From an uncultured Spirochaetota bacterium (GTDB taxonomy: Bacteria > Spirochaetota > Spirochaetia > SZUA-6 > Fen-1364), in contig CAVUXE010000045.1 of NCBI GenBank assembly GCA_963745235.1, positions 1-64,000 on the forward strand: 64,000 nt of DNA, in the 5' to 3' direction. The position numbers and the translations under genes were made by a program. Below are positions 1 through 11,371 of the stretch, one piece after another. The first letter of the stretch is position 1; each line of letters opens with the position of its first letter. The notes under the pieces were generated by a model that saw only the letters and a list, made by a program, of their open reading frames with translations, did not search any database and had not been told where the DNA came from.

Positions 1-148
1 ACCAGACTACAAGCTGAGCCGCAAACTCAAGGCGCGCCCGTTCGCAGCCTGCGGGCCCCGGTAAACGAGCTTGAACACTCATTTTCGACGGTTTTCGATG
101 TGCGACATCATGCATGGCATAGGTACAAGTCCTTTTAGGAGTCACAAT

Positions 149-1416
149 ATGCAGTTGCGCTTTCTTTTTTTCGCGATGTTGATCGCGGTGCTGTCGGCAA
201 GCCTGATTGGTGCTGGCAAACCTGGTCCGAAGCAGACGTCGCCTTATCAGGTCGCCGTCTACTACTGGCCAAACTACCATGTTGACCCCCGTAACGAAGC
301 GAAATTGGGCAAGGGGTGGACCGAATGGGAGCTGGTAAAGGCGGGCAAGGTCAAGTACCCAGGACAAGACCAGCCTCATGTGCCGCTCTGGGGATACCGC
401 GATGAGTCCGACCCCAAAGAGATGGCCCGCAGCATCGACGCCATGGCCGATCATGGAATCACCGCCATCCTGTTTGACTGGTACCGCTACAACGATGGGA
501 GCTTTCTTGATGACTGCCTGCGCAAAGGCTTTCTGCAGGCTCCAAATCGCAACCGGATCAAGTTCGCCTTAATGTGGGCTAACCATAATTTTATTGATAT
601 CTTCCCCCGAAAAAGCGACAACCCGACCCTCTGGTATGCCGGCACCGTCACCCGCCCGACGTTCGACCGCGTGACCGGTGAGGCCGTGCGCGACTTCTTC
701 TCCCAGCCCAACTATTGGAAGATCGACGGCAAGCCCTATTTCTCCATATACGAGCTGCACACCATGATCAAGGGACTCGGAGGCTTGAAGCAGACGCGCG
801 ATGCCCTGGAAAGCTTCCGCGCCCGCACCACGGCCGCGGGCTTCCCCGGATTGCACCTGGACATCGTCGGCTGGGGGCTAACGCAAGCGACGATATTGGT
901 AAAGGGGCAGCCCATGACGGGTGTGGATCCCTCCCGAACCATCCAGACCGAGGCCGATCTGGTGGCCTATCTGAATGCCGACAGCGTCAACTGGTACACC
1001 TGGACCCACGTCGCTTCGCCCACTGAACCCACGGAAACCTACGACCATTGGGGCGCCCGTTCTGTACCACTCTGGGCCAATGGCAGAGCGATGTACGCGT
1101 CCCCTTTTATCCGAATGTCAGCGTTGGCTGGGATGGCAGCCCCAGGAACTACGCGGGCGGCATCGTCGTGGGCAACTCCCCGGCACTCTTCCGTAAGTAC
1201 CTGGAGCAGGCAAAGAGCTATCTTGACCAGCAGCCTCCGGACCGCCGCATCCTGACCCTGAACGCTTGGAACGAGTGGGTGGAAGGAAGCTATCTGGAGC
1301 CTGACAAGCGAACGGGTCTGGGATACCTCGAGGCAATCCAGCAGGTCTTCGGCGCCGGTTCGCAATGGCCCATCGGGAGGGTAAGGCGACGTGCGGGTGC
1401 CGCATCAGGTCAATAA
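149..1416 (+). CDS. Secreted glycoside hydrolase family 99-like / WbsX-type protein (frameshift ~1080)
   Basis: AGGAG then ATG 149; signal peptide; YYWPNYH, WTEWELVK, PLWGY and KFALMWANH motifs; C-terminus (PNVSVGWD...LNAWNEWVEGSYLEPD) lies in ORF 1048..1416. Confidence 0.75.
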
Positions 1417-1962
1417 GCGGTGCCACCGAGTGAGGGGGGTCTTCCAGGTTACGTTTCGCACTTAATAAGTACTTTCGCGGTGCAAAAGACTGCCTTAGAG
1501 TCAAGATGACTGAATTTCGCGGAGTTAATGAGAATCTCCAATTTTAAGATTTTAGCCATTTATCGTCGAGCGCGGTAACGTACCCTGGTTCACTTTGCGG
1601 AACGGAAGAGAATAGTCGAGAATTCTTGACCACATAATGATTTGGATACAAGATGCGCCAAGGACGGGTAGTCGGTCAGTTAGATTACTGTAGTGCGGCA
1701 TTGTACCGCGAGTTTTACTCAACACGTGGCATGGCATATCGCCGTGTCCAGCTCTAATTTAGCCGACTGATGGCACAATCTACGCAGAGCTCCGATCTTT
1801 GGTTTACTGGCCGTAATACTGAAAGCTTGAAAGCGGATCTCGGGTCTTGGGTCAACGTTTGAAGACTTAATAAGAAGGGAGTTACAGGGTCTAATAAGCT
1901 TCTTCGATCTTCCAGAATATTTTCGGGCCCCGCCCGGGGGCCGCGGTTCACATTATTCGACG

Positions 1963-4900
1963 TTGGCCCTAATGGCCATTGTATTCGCGGTATTGGCATT
2001 CCCAAACTACGCCCGAGGCGAGTCGGCCACTGGCTCCATCACCGGCATCGTAACGGATGCGCAAGGTGGGGTTGTGCCTGGTGCGGCTGTCACGGCCACC
2101 AACACCCAGACGGGGGTCGTCGCTGAAGACGACGACGAACGCGGAGGGCGTCTACAATATCCCCTACCTCAAACCCGGCACGTATGAAGTCAAGATCGCT
2201 GCCAACGGCTTGAAGGAGGCGGTGATTACCGGCGTGCTGGTGGATGTGGGCAACATCGCCCGCGTGGACACCACGCTGCAAATGGGCAGCACCACCCAGT
2301 CCATAACGGTTGAGGCCACAGCCCCGCTGGTGCAACAAGACACCACGACTTATGACGCGCAGGTCAACAGAAAGTTCGTCGAGGACCTTCCCAACGCGGT
2401 CAGCGGCGGCACCCGCGACGCCTCGGTCCTGGTGAACCTGGTGCCCGGCGCCCAAACGCCTGGCGCTTCAAGTGGAAATTCCTACGGCACCCAGTTCGGC
2501 ACCAACATCGACGGCGGCCGGCAGTTCAGTACGGAATGGCAAATCGACGGCATGAATATGGCTTACCAGGGGGTCACCACCAACGTTTCCCTGGACAACC
2601 GGCCAGACCAGGATCTGGCAAGCGAAGTCAAAGTTGACGTGGGCGTGCCCAGCGCGGAGTACGGCCGCACCTCCGGCGGCGTCGTTTCCTATATCACACG
2701 CTCCGGCAGCAACGGTTTTCACGGCAATGTCTCCGGTTTCCTGCGGAACACCATTCTTGATGCCCGGCCTTACAATTCGCCCACCGTTCCACGCGATCAG
2801 CAGTGGGAGATCGGAATGTCAGCGGGCGGACCGGTTTGGATACCCAAGGTTTACAACGGCAGGGACAAGACTTTCTTCTTCTTCAACCTGACGACCTTCC
2901 GGCAGCCTCCCACCGCCGGCCCGGGAACCGTTACGGTCCCCACCGCACAGGAGCGGACCGGCAACTTCTCCGACTTCCTATCCCATCTTCGATCCAACAA
3001 CGGGCTTACAGTTTCCGGGAAACATCATCCCCACGGCACGGATCGGCGCCACAGCGACATTTCTGAACAAGCTCTATCCCCTGCCGACCAACTCCAACCT
3101 CGTCAATAACTACACAGGGACGACACCCGGCTACAACAAGCAGACCGATTGGTTCCTCAGGCTTGATCAGAATTTCGGCACCAATAACCGCGTGATGGGC
3201 AGCTTCCGCGCGCGCGCCACGCCCGCGCTACTGGCCGAAGGGCCGCCCTTCGGCGATGCCCTGTCCAGCAACCTGACTCCCCGCGGCATCTCGCAGTTTA
3301 CCCTCGCTGACGATTGGGTTTTATCTCCGCACCTGGTCAATCACTTCGCGGCCAGCGAAGTGGGTTTCCACATCACCCAGAATTCGCAACCCTTGAATCC
3401 GGCCGACTGGCCCACCATCGCCGGGGCGTACGCGCCGGCCTTCCCCAGCTTCTGTTTCACCACTAACAGCTATGCGCCTATGGGCATGGGTCTGGGGAAT
3501 TGCAGCGTGAACTCAGTCACTTACGAGGAAGACCGCAGCCGGGACCTCCAGGATTCGGTCTCTTGGGTCACCGGTAAGCACAGCCTCAAGTTCGGGGCCC
3601 GTTACCTATGGTTCCAGGCTGACACAGGTGAACTCGACAGCCGGAAGCGGGGCTTACCAGTTCTCCAATGCCGAAACCGCCCAAGTGGTGAACGGCGCCG
3701 TGGTGGCCGATACAGGTAATTCCTATGCCAGCTTCCTGCTCGGGGATGCGAACTACGCGAATATGCAAGATAATCCGTTCCCTGCTCAGCATCTCAGGCC
3801 ATAGCGTTTTTCGCGCAAGACGACTTCAAGCTCAGCAAAAAGCTCACCCTCAACTATGGGCTCCGTTGGGATTACCAGGGTGCGGAGTGGGAACAGAACA
3901 ACCAGATGGCGGCAAATGGATCCGACCCTGGCCAATCGGCGGCCGGCGGTTTGCCGGGGGCCTACGAGTTTCGCTCGACAGGAACACGTGAGGAACTTCG
4001 TTCACAATTGGCACAGAGGATTCTCTCCGCGGCTGGGCTTGGCATACAGCCGTTTCGCCTACGTTGGTTGTCCGGGCCAGCGCGGGGATCCTCTTGGCGC
4101 CGCCGGGGATGGATCGGGCACGGTATCCTGGACGAAGCCGGTTACGGCGCTGCATAAGTCAGAACAGTCCCAATGGCGGCATTACGCCGGCCATGAATTG
4201 GGACACGGGCTGGATCGGCGCACCTCGTCCACCCGACTTCGACCCGGCGATCTATAACGGCGGGAGCGCCAATATGGATGCGGCTAATGCCGACCGTTGG
4301 CCGGAGACCTACATCTGGCAGTTGGACATCCAGAAGTCTTTTGCCAGGAACTACATGATCAACGTCGGCTACGTAGGCCAGTCGTCCCACCACATACCCG
4401 CCGGGTTGGATCTGCCCAACCAGGTGAACCCCAGTACCTGGCGCTCGGCTCGCTGCTCACCACCGATATCACCGATCCGTCCGTGGTGGCTTCAGGCTAC
4501 AATCCTCCGTACGCAGGCTTCACGGGGAATCTGGCGCAAGCGCTCAAGGCCTACCCGCAGTATTACTCGGTCGGCATTCTGGATGACAACCGGGGAACTC
4601 CAGCTACAAGGCCTTATGATTAAGGCGGAAAAACGCTTCGCCAACGGGTTGCAGTTCCTGGCTTCTTTCACCGCTTCCAAGACATTAACCGATGTCTCAA
4701 TGGATTCCGAAGTTGGGAATGCCCGGACCGCAGGACACTTATAACCGGGGAGTGGAAAAAGGGCTTGCGCTTTGGACATCCCCAGAGCCCTGGGGTTAGC
4801 GCCACGTATCGCTTCCATGGGGTCCGGGGAGGCCCTTCCTCAACCAGGGTGCTGTCAGCCAGATCTTGGGCGGCTGGGCGGTTTCTGGGATCATGGATTA

Positions 4901-5347
4901 CATTCCGGAATCCCTATTAGCGATCGGGGCGCCGGACAACTTGCCGATTGCCAACGGCCACCTCGACAGCGAGTACCTCGGCGGCCAGATCTCAAAAGGG
5001 GTAAGCCGTGGCGACACTGTTATCGAGAATGGCCCACCGGCCAACCGGGAACCGTCGTGCTCAACCGCGCGGCTTTCGGTTTCCCGGCGCCATTCACCTT
5101 CGGCAATACATACATCCTGCCCAATGTCCGTAGCTGGGATATCGATGGTGAGTCCATGTCGCTCTTCAAACGCGAGACATTCCGCGAACGGTATCAGGTC
5201 GAATTGCGCTTGGACGCCTTCAACGTATTCAACCGCAAAGTGCCCGGCGGCTTGAATACCGACCTGACAAGCCCAGCGTTCGGTCAATATGGCGGCTCCA
5301 TCGTGGGCCCGCGAGGCTGTCAGCTAGGATTGAGAATCTCGTTTTGA
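1963..5347 (+). CDS. TonB-dependent receptor with N-terminal carboxypeptidase-regulatory-like domain (many frameshifts; start uncertain)
   Basis: GSITGIVTDAQGGVVPGAAVT, SAEYGRTSGG, GGPVWIPKVYNGRDKTFFF, QDDFKLSKKLTLNYGLRWD and terminal PRGCQLGLRISF spread over consecutive ORFs. Confidence 0.85.
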
Positions 5348-5362
5348 TGTTTTGGATAATGC

Positions 5363-5379
5363 CTCAGTCTCGGACTGAG
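5363..5379. terminator. Short hairpin just after the receptor stop codon
   Basis: CTCAGTC-TCG-GACTGAG inverted repeat; no clear U-tract. Confidence 0.35.
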
Positions 5380-5387
5380 CAACCGTT

Positions 5388-5440
5388 GTAGCGCCGGCAT
5401 CCTGCCGGTACATCCCTCTCGCCGGGATGGCGGCGTTAGC
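5388..5440. repeat. REP-like extragenic palindrome
   Basis: GTAGCGCCGGCATCCTGCCGG...GCCGGGATGGCGGCGTTAGC imperfect inverted pair starting with GTAG. Confidence 0.5.
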
Positions 5441-5610
5441 GCAACCGAGGGTGAGGCATTACGGTTTTGGGATTATAGTTGGGGGAAGAGACGAGAATGG
5501 GGAGTGTCCTTTTACTCTTCGTGGTCGCCGCTTCCCTCAATGCCCAGGCGCCGCCCGCGTGCCAAGCCGGGGTGTTGAAGGTAAAGAGCGGCGACTATCC
5601 GAGCGCGCAA

Positions 5611-6189
5611 GTGACAAGAACACCCGCCATTTCCGGAAGCCTGAGGAAGGCATCCGTCAACACGGCAGCGCTTCGCGTGGCTGCGGCCCTTGCACCTTCT
5701 GACGTGGAGATAACCATCTTCCCGGGCCTCGGCGGCATTCCGCCCTTCGATCCTGACCTGGACATCAACGGCTCGGCGCCATCCAGCGTGCTCTCTTTCC
5801 GGCAGATGGTGGATGAGGCGGACGGCGTTCTGATTGCAAGCCCGGAGTACGCCCATGGCGTCTCAGGTGTTCTCAAGAATGCGCTGGACTGGCTCGTCAG
5901 CTGCACTCTTGCCCTGTATGGGAAGCCGGTTGCGCTTCTGAATACCTCCCCGCGGACTTCGATTGCGTACAACTCACTGAAGGACATCATCAGGACCATG
6001 GCCGGCAACGTGGTGGAAGAAGCATCCCAGCTCATCCCGCTCCCCAACATGACAGTCACATACGATCAGATCATGGGACACCCACTCCTCAGGGAGAGGA
6101 TCCAGGCGTGCACCAGGACACTGATTGCTTCAATCCTGGACCTTCACCCTGAAGCGATCCGCACTGCCAGAGGTTCGTCCTCTCGGTGA
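5611..6189 (+). CDS. NADPH-dependent FMN reductase (start uncertain; in frame with an unrelated upstream signal peptide)
   Basis: AISGSLRKASVN, ADGVLIASPEYAHGVSGVLKNALDW and GKPVALL motifs. Confidence 0.85.
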   Translation: MTRTPAISGSLRKASVNTAALRVAAALAPSDVEITIFPGLGGIPPFDPDLDINGSAPSSVLSFRQMVDEADGVLIASPEYAHGVSGVLKNALDWLVSCTLALYGKPVALLNTSPRTSIAYNSLKDIIRTMAGNVVEEASQLIPLPNMTVTYDQIMGHPLLRERIQACTRTLIASILDLHPEAIRTARGSSSR

Positions 6190-6223
6190 GGACATGGCCC
6201 GCTTTGCAGCGGGCCATGGCTAC

Positions 6224-7438
6224 CTATCCCCTCATTTTCGGGGATTCCTTCAGGGAGAAAAGCAGCGCGCCGCTTGCCGCCAACAGGACCGCCAGCCCGA
6301 GGAAAGACGGGATGTAGGAGTTGTTGAATGAGCCCCGCAACGCGTCCATCAGGACGATCAAGAGCCCCGAAGCCTGGACCACGAGGGCGAAGATCCCGTT
6401 GCTTGTGCCTTCGGGAGCCGGATGAGTGATCTCCGCGCCGTACTGGTAGGCGAGCGGCGTGAACCCAGTCATGCAGAACCCCATGATGAAGAACAGGACA
6501 GTTTCGACGGCAAAGCTGCGCACCAGGACGAGGGCAATCGTCGCGGGGACCGCAATGAAAATCCCCACCAGGAGAATTGGCTTGCGGCGGCGAATCCCGT
6601 CCGAAATCCCGGGAACCACGACGCTGCCGATGATACCCCCCAGGAGGAGCAGGGCCACCAGGAGCACCCCCTGGTCCACGCCCAGGCCTTTCTCCTGATC
6701 CAGGCCGTCAATGAGCGTGAATACTCCGTTCACGATGCCGCTCCCGATCAGGAGCGCGAAGGAGAGAAGGTACACGCTGCGATTCCTCAGGATCTGCTTT
6801 ATCCCGTCCAGCACAAGCGCGCGGACCTCTTCCCCCGTCGGGCTGGGCGGCGTGGGCGGCTTTGCGCGCGCGAAGACCAGGAAGAGTGCTGCCGACGCGG
6901 CGCTCGCGATCCCGTAGATGAGCTGCATGCCGGCCAAACCGTAGCTGCGCACCATGCCGGGGCTCAGAGATTCGCCCAGTCCTATCCCGAGGAACAGGGA
7001 GAGAAATATCAGTCCCGTAATGGTTGCTCGCTGTTTCTGCGGGAACCACTCGGCGGCAAGCTTCGTAAAGGCGTTGAGAAGGAAGGGCTGCCCGATCGAG
7101 ATGCCGATGGATCCGATGAGCGCCGCGGAGTAGCTGAGGGGGAACACCGCGCGCAGAAGGCCGAAGACAGCCATGAGTATTGCCCCGAAGCCCACCGCCT
7201 TCTTGAAGCCGAAGGTGTCGATTGCCCAGGCGGCGGGAATGGCGACGGGAAGGTAGATGAGCAGGAAAAGGTTCGCCAGGAGGTCAACGGCCTGGCGGTC
7301 CACGCCATAGGAGGATGCGGCAATGGTGGCAACGGGCGCATAGCAGATCCAGAGCACCTGGACCATCACGTTGATCAGCATGAACGCCGCCAGGACCACC
7401 CAGCGGTACGGATAGAGCCTTACTTCTTGTTCAGCCAC
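6224..7438 (-). CDS. MFS transporter
   Basis: AGGAGG then GTG 7438; YPYRWVVL start; about 12 hydrophobic segments. Confidence 0.85.
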   Translation of the reverse strand: MAEQEVRLYPYRWVVLAAFMLINVMVQVLWICYAPVATIAASSYGVDRQAVDLLANLFLLIYLPVAIPAAWAIDTFGFKKAVGFGAILMAVFGLLRAVFPLSYSAALIGSIGISIGQPFLLNAFTKLAAEWFPQKQRATITGLIFLSLFLGIGLGESLSPGMVRSYGLAGMQLIYGIASAASAALFLVFARAKPPTPPSPTGEEVRALVLDGIKQILRNRSVYLLSFALLIGSGIVNGVFTLIDGLDQEKGLGVDQGVLLVALLLLGGIIGSVVVPGISDGIRRRKPILLVGIFIAVPATIALVLVRSFAVETVLFFIMGFCMTGFTPLAYQYGAEITHPAPEGTSNGIFALVVQASGLLIVLMDALRGSFNNSYIPSFLGLAVLLAASGALLFSLKESPKMRG

Positions 7439-7473
7439 CTGGAGCCTCCTTTTTTCGCGCGGGGCGCGAGATT

Positions 7474-8286
7474 TTACAATCCGTAGAACCCTGCAATGAT
7501 TCTCAGATAGAGCCGATCCGGAATCAGGCGACGGACCGTCGGGCTGATTCGCTCCACGAACGGCCCTGGGGTGTAGCGGAAACGCGGCCGTTCGGCGCGC
7601 GCGATCTTCCCGATGAGCCTCGCAACGCGCTCCACCTTCCAGCCATGTTTCTCGCTCTCGGCCTGGGAGCGCATTGCCTTCTCGAGGCTTTTCCGGTACA
7701 CAGAATCCGCGCCGCTTCCCGCTGAGAGCTTTCTGTGCGCCGTGATCTCGGTCGCGATGTCTCCCGGGTCCACCACGACCACCGTGATCCCGAAATCTCT
7801 CACCTCCATCTGCAGGGATTCGGAGAAGCCCTCGATCCCGTACTTGCTTGCGCTGTACACGGACTGGAAGGGAACGCCCATCAGCCCGGCCAGGGAGCCG
7901 ACGTTGATGATACGCCCGGATCCTTGCTCTCTCATGCTCGGAAGCACGGCGCGGCATGTCCGCATTGTGCCGAGGAGGTTGGTCTGGACCTGATCCGCTG
8001 CTTCCTCCGCGAGCATCTCTTCGGCAGGACCGCCCACCGCAACGCCGGCACAATTTACCAGGAGGTCGACGCGGCCCGTGTCCCGCAGAACCCGTGAAAC
8101 GCACTCCTGCACCGAGCGGTCGTCGCGAACGTCCACCGCGAGAAATGTGAAAGAGCCGTCGTGCGCCGCAGGCGCGCTGCGGGCCGCGCCGAAGACCCGC
8201 GAACCCTCCCGAGCAAGGCGGGCTGAAGTCGCTTTGCCGATGCCCGACGACGCGCCGGTCACAAGAACAACGGCGGGATTTTTCAT
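7474..8286 (-). CDS. SDR family oxidoreductase
   Basis: TGASSGIG, NCAG and YSASK motifs. Confidence 0.92.
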   Translation of the reverse strand: MKNPAVVLVTGASSGIGKATSARLAREGSRVFGAARSAPAAHDGSFTFLAVDVRDDRSVQECVSRVLRDTGRVDLLVNCAGVAVGGPAEEMLAEEAADQVQTNLLGTMRTCRAVLPSMREQGSGRIINVGSLAGLMGVPFQSVYSASKYGIEGFSESLQMEVRDFGITVVVVDPGDIATEITAHRKLSAGSGADSVYRKSLEKAMRSQAESEKHGWKVERVARLIGKIARAERPRFRYTPGPFVERISPTVRRLIPDRLYLRIIAGFYGL

Positions 8287-8614
8287 TCAACTCACTTCCT
8301 TTCATCCAACCTTTCAACGAATCACTTTGTCTGGCTCATGTGCATCGGGCCACGGTGTCCTTTACGCGAAAGAGGGACACATATGCGGGAATCTCGCTAC
8401 AGGGAGCCCATGACTGAATCGCGAATGCTTCCCTCTGAGTCTTGCAAAAATGTCTTCGATTGAAGCAAGGGCCAAGGAAGCTACGCAATACTGCATCCGG
8501 GTAGCGGCCCGCGCTGACCTTTGCCGTTCTCACGAATCTGTACATTGGGGTCTTCTTCCCTGCGATTCAAGATACGTTTCACGCCCCCCGCCAGCATCAG
8601 CAACAATGACCTAT

Positions 8615-10057
8615 TTACTCCGTCCTGAGCTGAAGCGACTTGTATTCCAGGAACTCTTCCATTCCGTATACGCCCCACTCGCGGCCGTGGCCGGACTGCT
8701 TGAATCCGCCGAAGGGCGCGTTGAGGTTTATCTGACCGCCGTTTACCTCGATCTGTCCGGCCTGTATCCGTCGCGCCACCTTTCTGGCGCGGTCTTCATT
8801 CGACGACCAGACGGCGGCCGCAAGACCGTAAATCGTATCGTTGGCAATCCGCACTGCTTCGTCCTCGTCCTTGTAGGTGATGATGGAGAGAACGGGCCCG
8901 AATATCTCTTCCTGGGCAATTGCAGAACCGGGGTTCACCTTGCCGAATATTGTGGGATTGACAAAGTAGCCGCCCGACGCATTTGCCGGCGCATCCGGTC
9001 CTCCCGCGATTACCTGGGCGCCCTCTGCAATCCCCTTCTTGATATAGCCTCGGACACGTTCGAGCTGCGCGGCAGACGCCAGGGGACCGAGAACCGTTGC
9101 CTCCGAAAGGGGACTGCCCGGCCGGTAGACTTTCGAGACTTCAGCCGCCATTGCCGCTGCCTCCTCGTATCTCGATTCGGGAACCAGCATCCGCGTCAGC
9201 GCCAGGCACGTCTGGCCGGAGTTCAGGAAGCAATTGGCGACAGTGGCCTTGACGGCCATCGGAAGGTCGGCATCGTCAAGGATGACAGACGCCGACTTGC
9301 CGCCCAGCTCCAGCTTCACCCGCTTTACAGATGCCGCTGCCAGCTCCGATATGCGCCTGCCGGCGCGCGTGGAGCCCGTAAAGGTAATTGCGTCTACCTG
9401 GGGATGCCTTACCAGGGCCTCCCCGACCACGGGCCCGTAGCCTGTCACTAGGTTGAAGACGCCGGCAGGGAGGCCGGCCGCCTGGACTACCTCCGCAAGA
9501 ACGAAGGCCGAAAACGGCGCAACCTCAGAGGGCTTGAGAACAACAGTGCAGCCTGCCGCCAGCGCTGCCGCGGTTTTCTCTGCAGCCAGGAAGAGCGGAT
9601 AGTTCCATGGCGTGATGGCCCCCACTACCCCGACTGGCTGGCGCAACACCAGGGAATTGCCAACCCTTTCCTCGAAGGTGAAATCGCAGACGATCTTCGC
9701 GTAGTTGCCGAAAACAAAAATCGGTGCGCCGGCCTGGATCCGGGCGGCCTGCTTGACTGGCATGCCCGTTTCTCGCGCCACAAGGATTGCGATCTCCTGT
9801 GTCCGCGCCTGGAGGCCGGCTGAAATCTTTGCCAGAAAGTCGGCCCGCCTGGCCACGGAGGCCTGGGACCAGCCGTCGAATGCCGCCCGGGCGGCGCTGA
9901 CGGCGGCCTCGATATCGGCAATCCCGCCCTCCGGCACTGCGCCCATTACCGTCCCCGTGCCGGAATCGAAGACGTCAATGGTTTCTGTTTTGTTCGGTGA
10001 AACCCATTGGCCGTTTATGAAAAGCTTTTCGCGCTGGATGCGATTGTCTGTGTCCAT
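8615..10057 (-). CDS. Aldehyde dehydrogenase
   Basis: ITPWNYP, FTGST, LELGGKS, GQTC and EEIFGPV motifs. Confidence 0.95.
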   Translation of the reverse strand: MDTDNRIQREKLFINGQWVSPNKTETIDVFDSGTGTVMGAVPEGGIADIEAAVSAARAAFDGWSQASVARRADFLAKISAGLQARTQEIAILVARETGMPVKQAARIQAGAPIFVFGNYAKIVCDFTFEERVGNSLVLRQPVGVVGAITPWNYPLFLAAEKTAAALAAGCTVVLKPSEVAPFSAFVLAEVVQAAGLPAGVFNLVTGYGPVVGEALVRHPQVDAITFTGSTRAGRRISELAAASVKRVKLELGGKSASVILDDADLPMAVKATVANCFLNSGQTCLALTRMLVPESRYEEAAAMAAEVSKVYRPGSPLSEATVLGPLASAAQLERVRGYIKKGIAEGAQVIAGGPDAPANASGGYFVNPTIFGKVNPGSAIAQEEIFGPVLSIITYKDEDEAVRIANDTIYGLAAAVWSSNEDRARKVARRIQAGQIEVNGGQINLNAPFGGFKQSGHGREWGVYGMEEFLEYKSLQLRTE

Positions 10058-10234
10058 GGCTTCATTTTCTTTCGTTCTCCATTACGGTTTCGTTACGGTT
10101 CCAATCTCTGTCCAGCCTGACCTATTAATCATATAAACAGGTACTTACCCGAAATATCAATTCGCTGCAAACGCACACGCCAGTTGCAATGTATCAAGAA
10201 AAGCGATATTAAGGATGTAAAATAGGATAAGGGG

Positions 10235-11158
10235 ATGAGCGGTCCTAACATCTTGATCATCAACCCAGTCAATGATGTCGAGGTGCTGAAAGGCCTTGCT
10301 TCCGAGCTGCGCGTGCGGATCCTCGAGCTGCTGCGCGAGCAGAGCATGAACGTCAACGAGCTGACGCGCGCCCTCGACATGCCGCAGTCCACCGTCGCAA
10401 CAAACGTCCAAATCCTGGAAAGTGCCGGCCTGATCCGCACAGAGACCGTGAAGGCACGCAAGGGAAGCCAGAAGATATGCCATAACGTCTACGAGGAAAT
10501 GCTGATCCAGTTTCCCCAGACGCGAAAGTCCGAGGATGACCTCATCGAAGTTCAGATGCCCATCGGGCTGTACACGAGTTACGAGGTTTCAGCGCCCTGC
10601 GGCTTGTGCTCCACGGAAGGGATCATCGGGTACCTCGACGTGCCTGATGACTTCCTCAACCCTGGCCGCATGAAGGCTGGGCTTCTCTGGTTCGAGAAGG
10701 GGCACGTGGAGTACAAGTTCCCCAACAACAGCCTCTACAAGGACAAGCCTGTCAGGAAGATCGAGCTGAGCTCGGAGCTTTCCTCCGAAACGCCCGGGAC
10801 CAACAAGAACTGGCTTTCCGACATAACGGTCTGGATCAACGACGTGGAGATCGGCTACTGGACATCACCCGGGGATTTCGGGGACCGTCGCGGCAAGCTT
10901 ACCCCGCTGTGGTGGAAGCTGGAAGGGTCCCAGTACGGGCTCTTGAAGCACTGGATCGTCACGGAGGAAGGTTCGTATGTCGACGGGGTTCGCGTCTCCG
11001 GGGTCACGCTTGCGGACTTGAACCTGCCCGCCCATCACTCCATCCGCGTCCGCCTGGGGATCAAGGAGGAGGCGGAGCACCTCGGCGGACTGAACATCTT
11101 CGGCCGCGGCTTTGGCAACTACGACCAGGACCTGGTGTTGAGATTGTTCTTCTCCTGA
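10235..11158 (+). CDS. ArsR-type HTH transcriptional regulator with long C-terminal domain
   Basis: LASELRVRILELL HTH; WTSPGDFGDRRGKLTP and GGLNIFGRGFGNY C-terminal motifs. Confidence 0.85.
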   Translation: MSGPNILIINPVNDVEVLKGLASELRVRILELLREQSMNVNELTRALDMPQSTVATNVQILESAGLIRTETVKARKGSQKICHNVYEEMLIQFPQTRKSEDDLIEVQMPIGLYTSYEVSAPCGLCSTEGIIGYLDVPDDFLNPGRMKAGLLWFEKGHVEYKFPNNSLYKDKPVRKIELSSELSSETPGTNKNWLSDITVWINDVEIGYWTSPGDFGDRRGKLTPLWWKLEGSQYGLLKHWIVTEEGSYVDGVRVSGVTLADLNLPAHHSIRVRLGIKEEAEHLGGLNIFGRGFGNYDQDLVLRLFFS

Positions 11159-11162
11159 CGCC

Positions 11163-11191
11163 TTGACTCCCTTTCTTTCCCAGTGTACCTT
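11163..11191 (+). promoter_or_regulatory. Sigma70-type promoter of the ilv leader
   Basis: TTGACT-N17-TACCTT. Confidence 0.6.
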
Positions 11192-11201
11192 GGCTGTGGT
11201 T

Positions 11202-11297
11202 ATGAAGGACACAAGCCTCCTGCGGACACGGTTGGCGCTCATCCTCGCGGTACTCGTAGTACTTCTTCCCGAGAGCACGCCCGTGTGTGCACCGTAG
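11202..11297 (+). CDS. ilvBN attenuator leader peptide (31 aa)
   Basis: MKDTSLLRTRLALILAVLVVLLPESTPVCAP*: 8 Leu, 4 Val, 1 Ile, directly before a terminator and ilvB. Confidence 0.85.
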   Translation: MKDTSLLRTRLALILAVLVVLLPESTPVCAP

Positions 11298-11317
11298 GCT
11301 TATCACCCCGAATGATG

Positions 11318-11357
11318 AGCCCCCCTCGGTGAACACCGAGGGGGGCTTTTTTTATTT
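11318..11357 (+). terminator. Attenuator intrinsic terminator
   Basis: AGCCCCCCTCGGTG-AA-CACCGAGGGGGGCT perfect stem followed by a T-run. Confidence 0.92.
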
Positions 11358-11371
11358 CCGAAGGAGGAAGA

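Noticed and set aside
2-64. Possible 3' end of an upstream gene (PDYKLSRKLK...)
   Set aside because: Too short to support a call.
7439-8317. N-terminal ~290 aa of the 697-aa ORF
   Set aside because: It is an alternative frame over the SDR gene; the MFS has its own SD and GTG at 7438.
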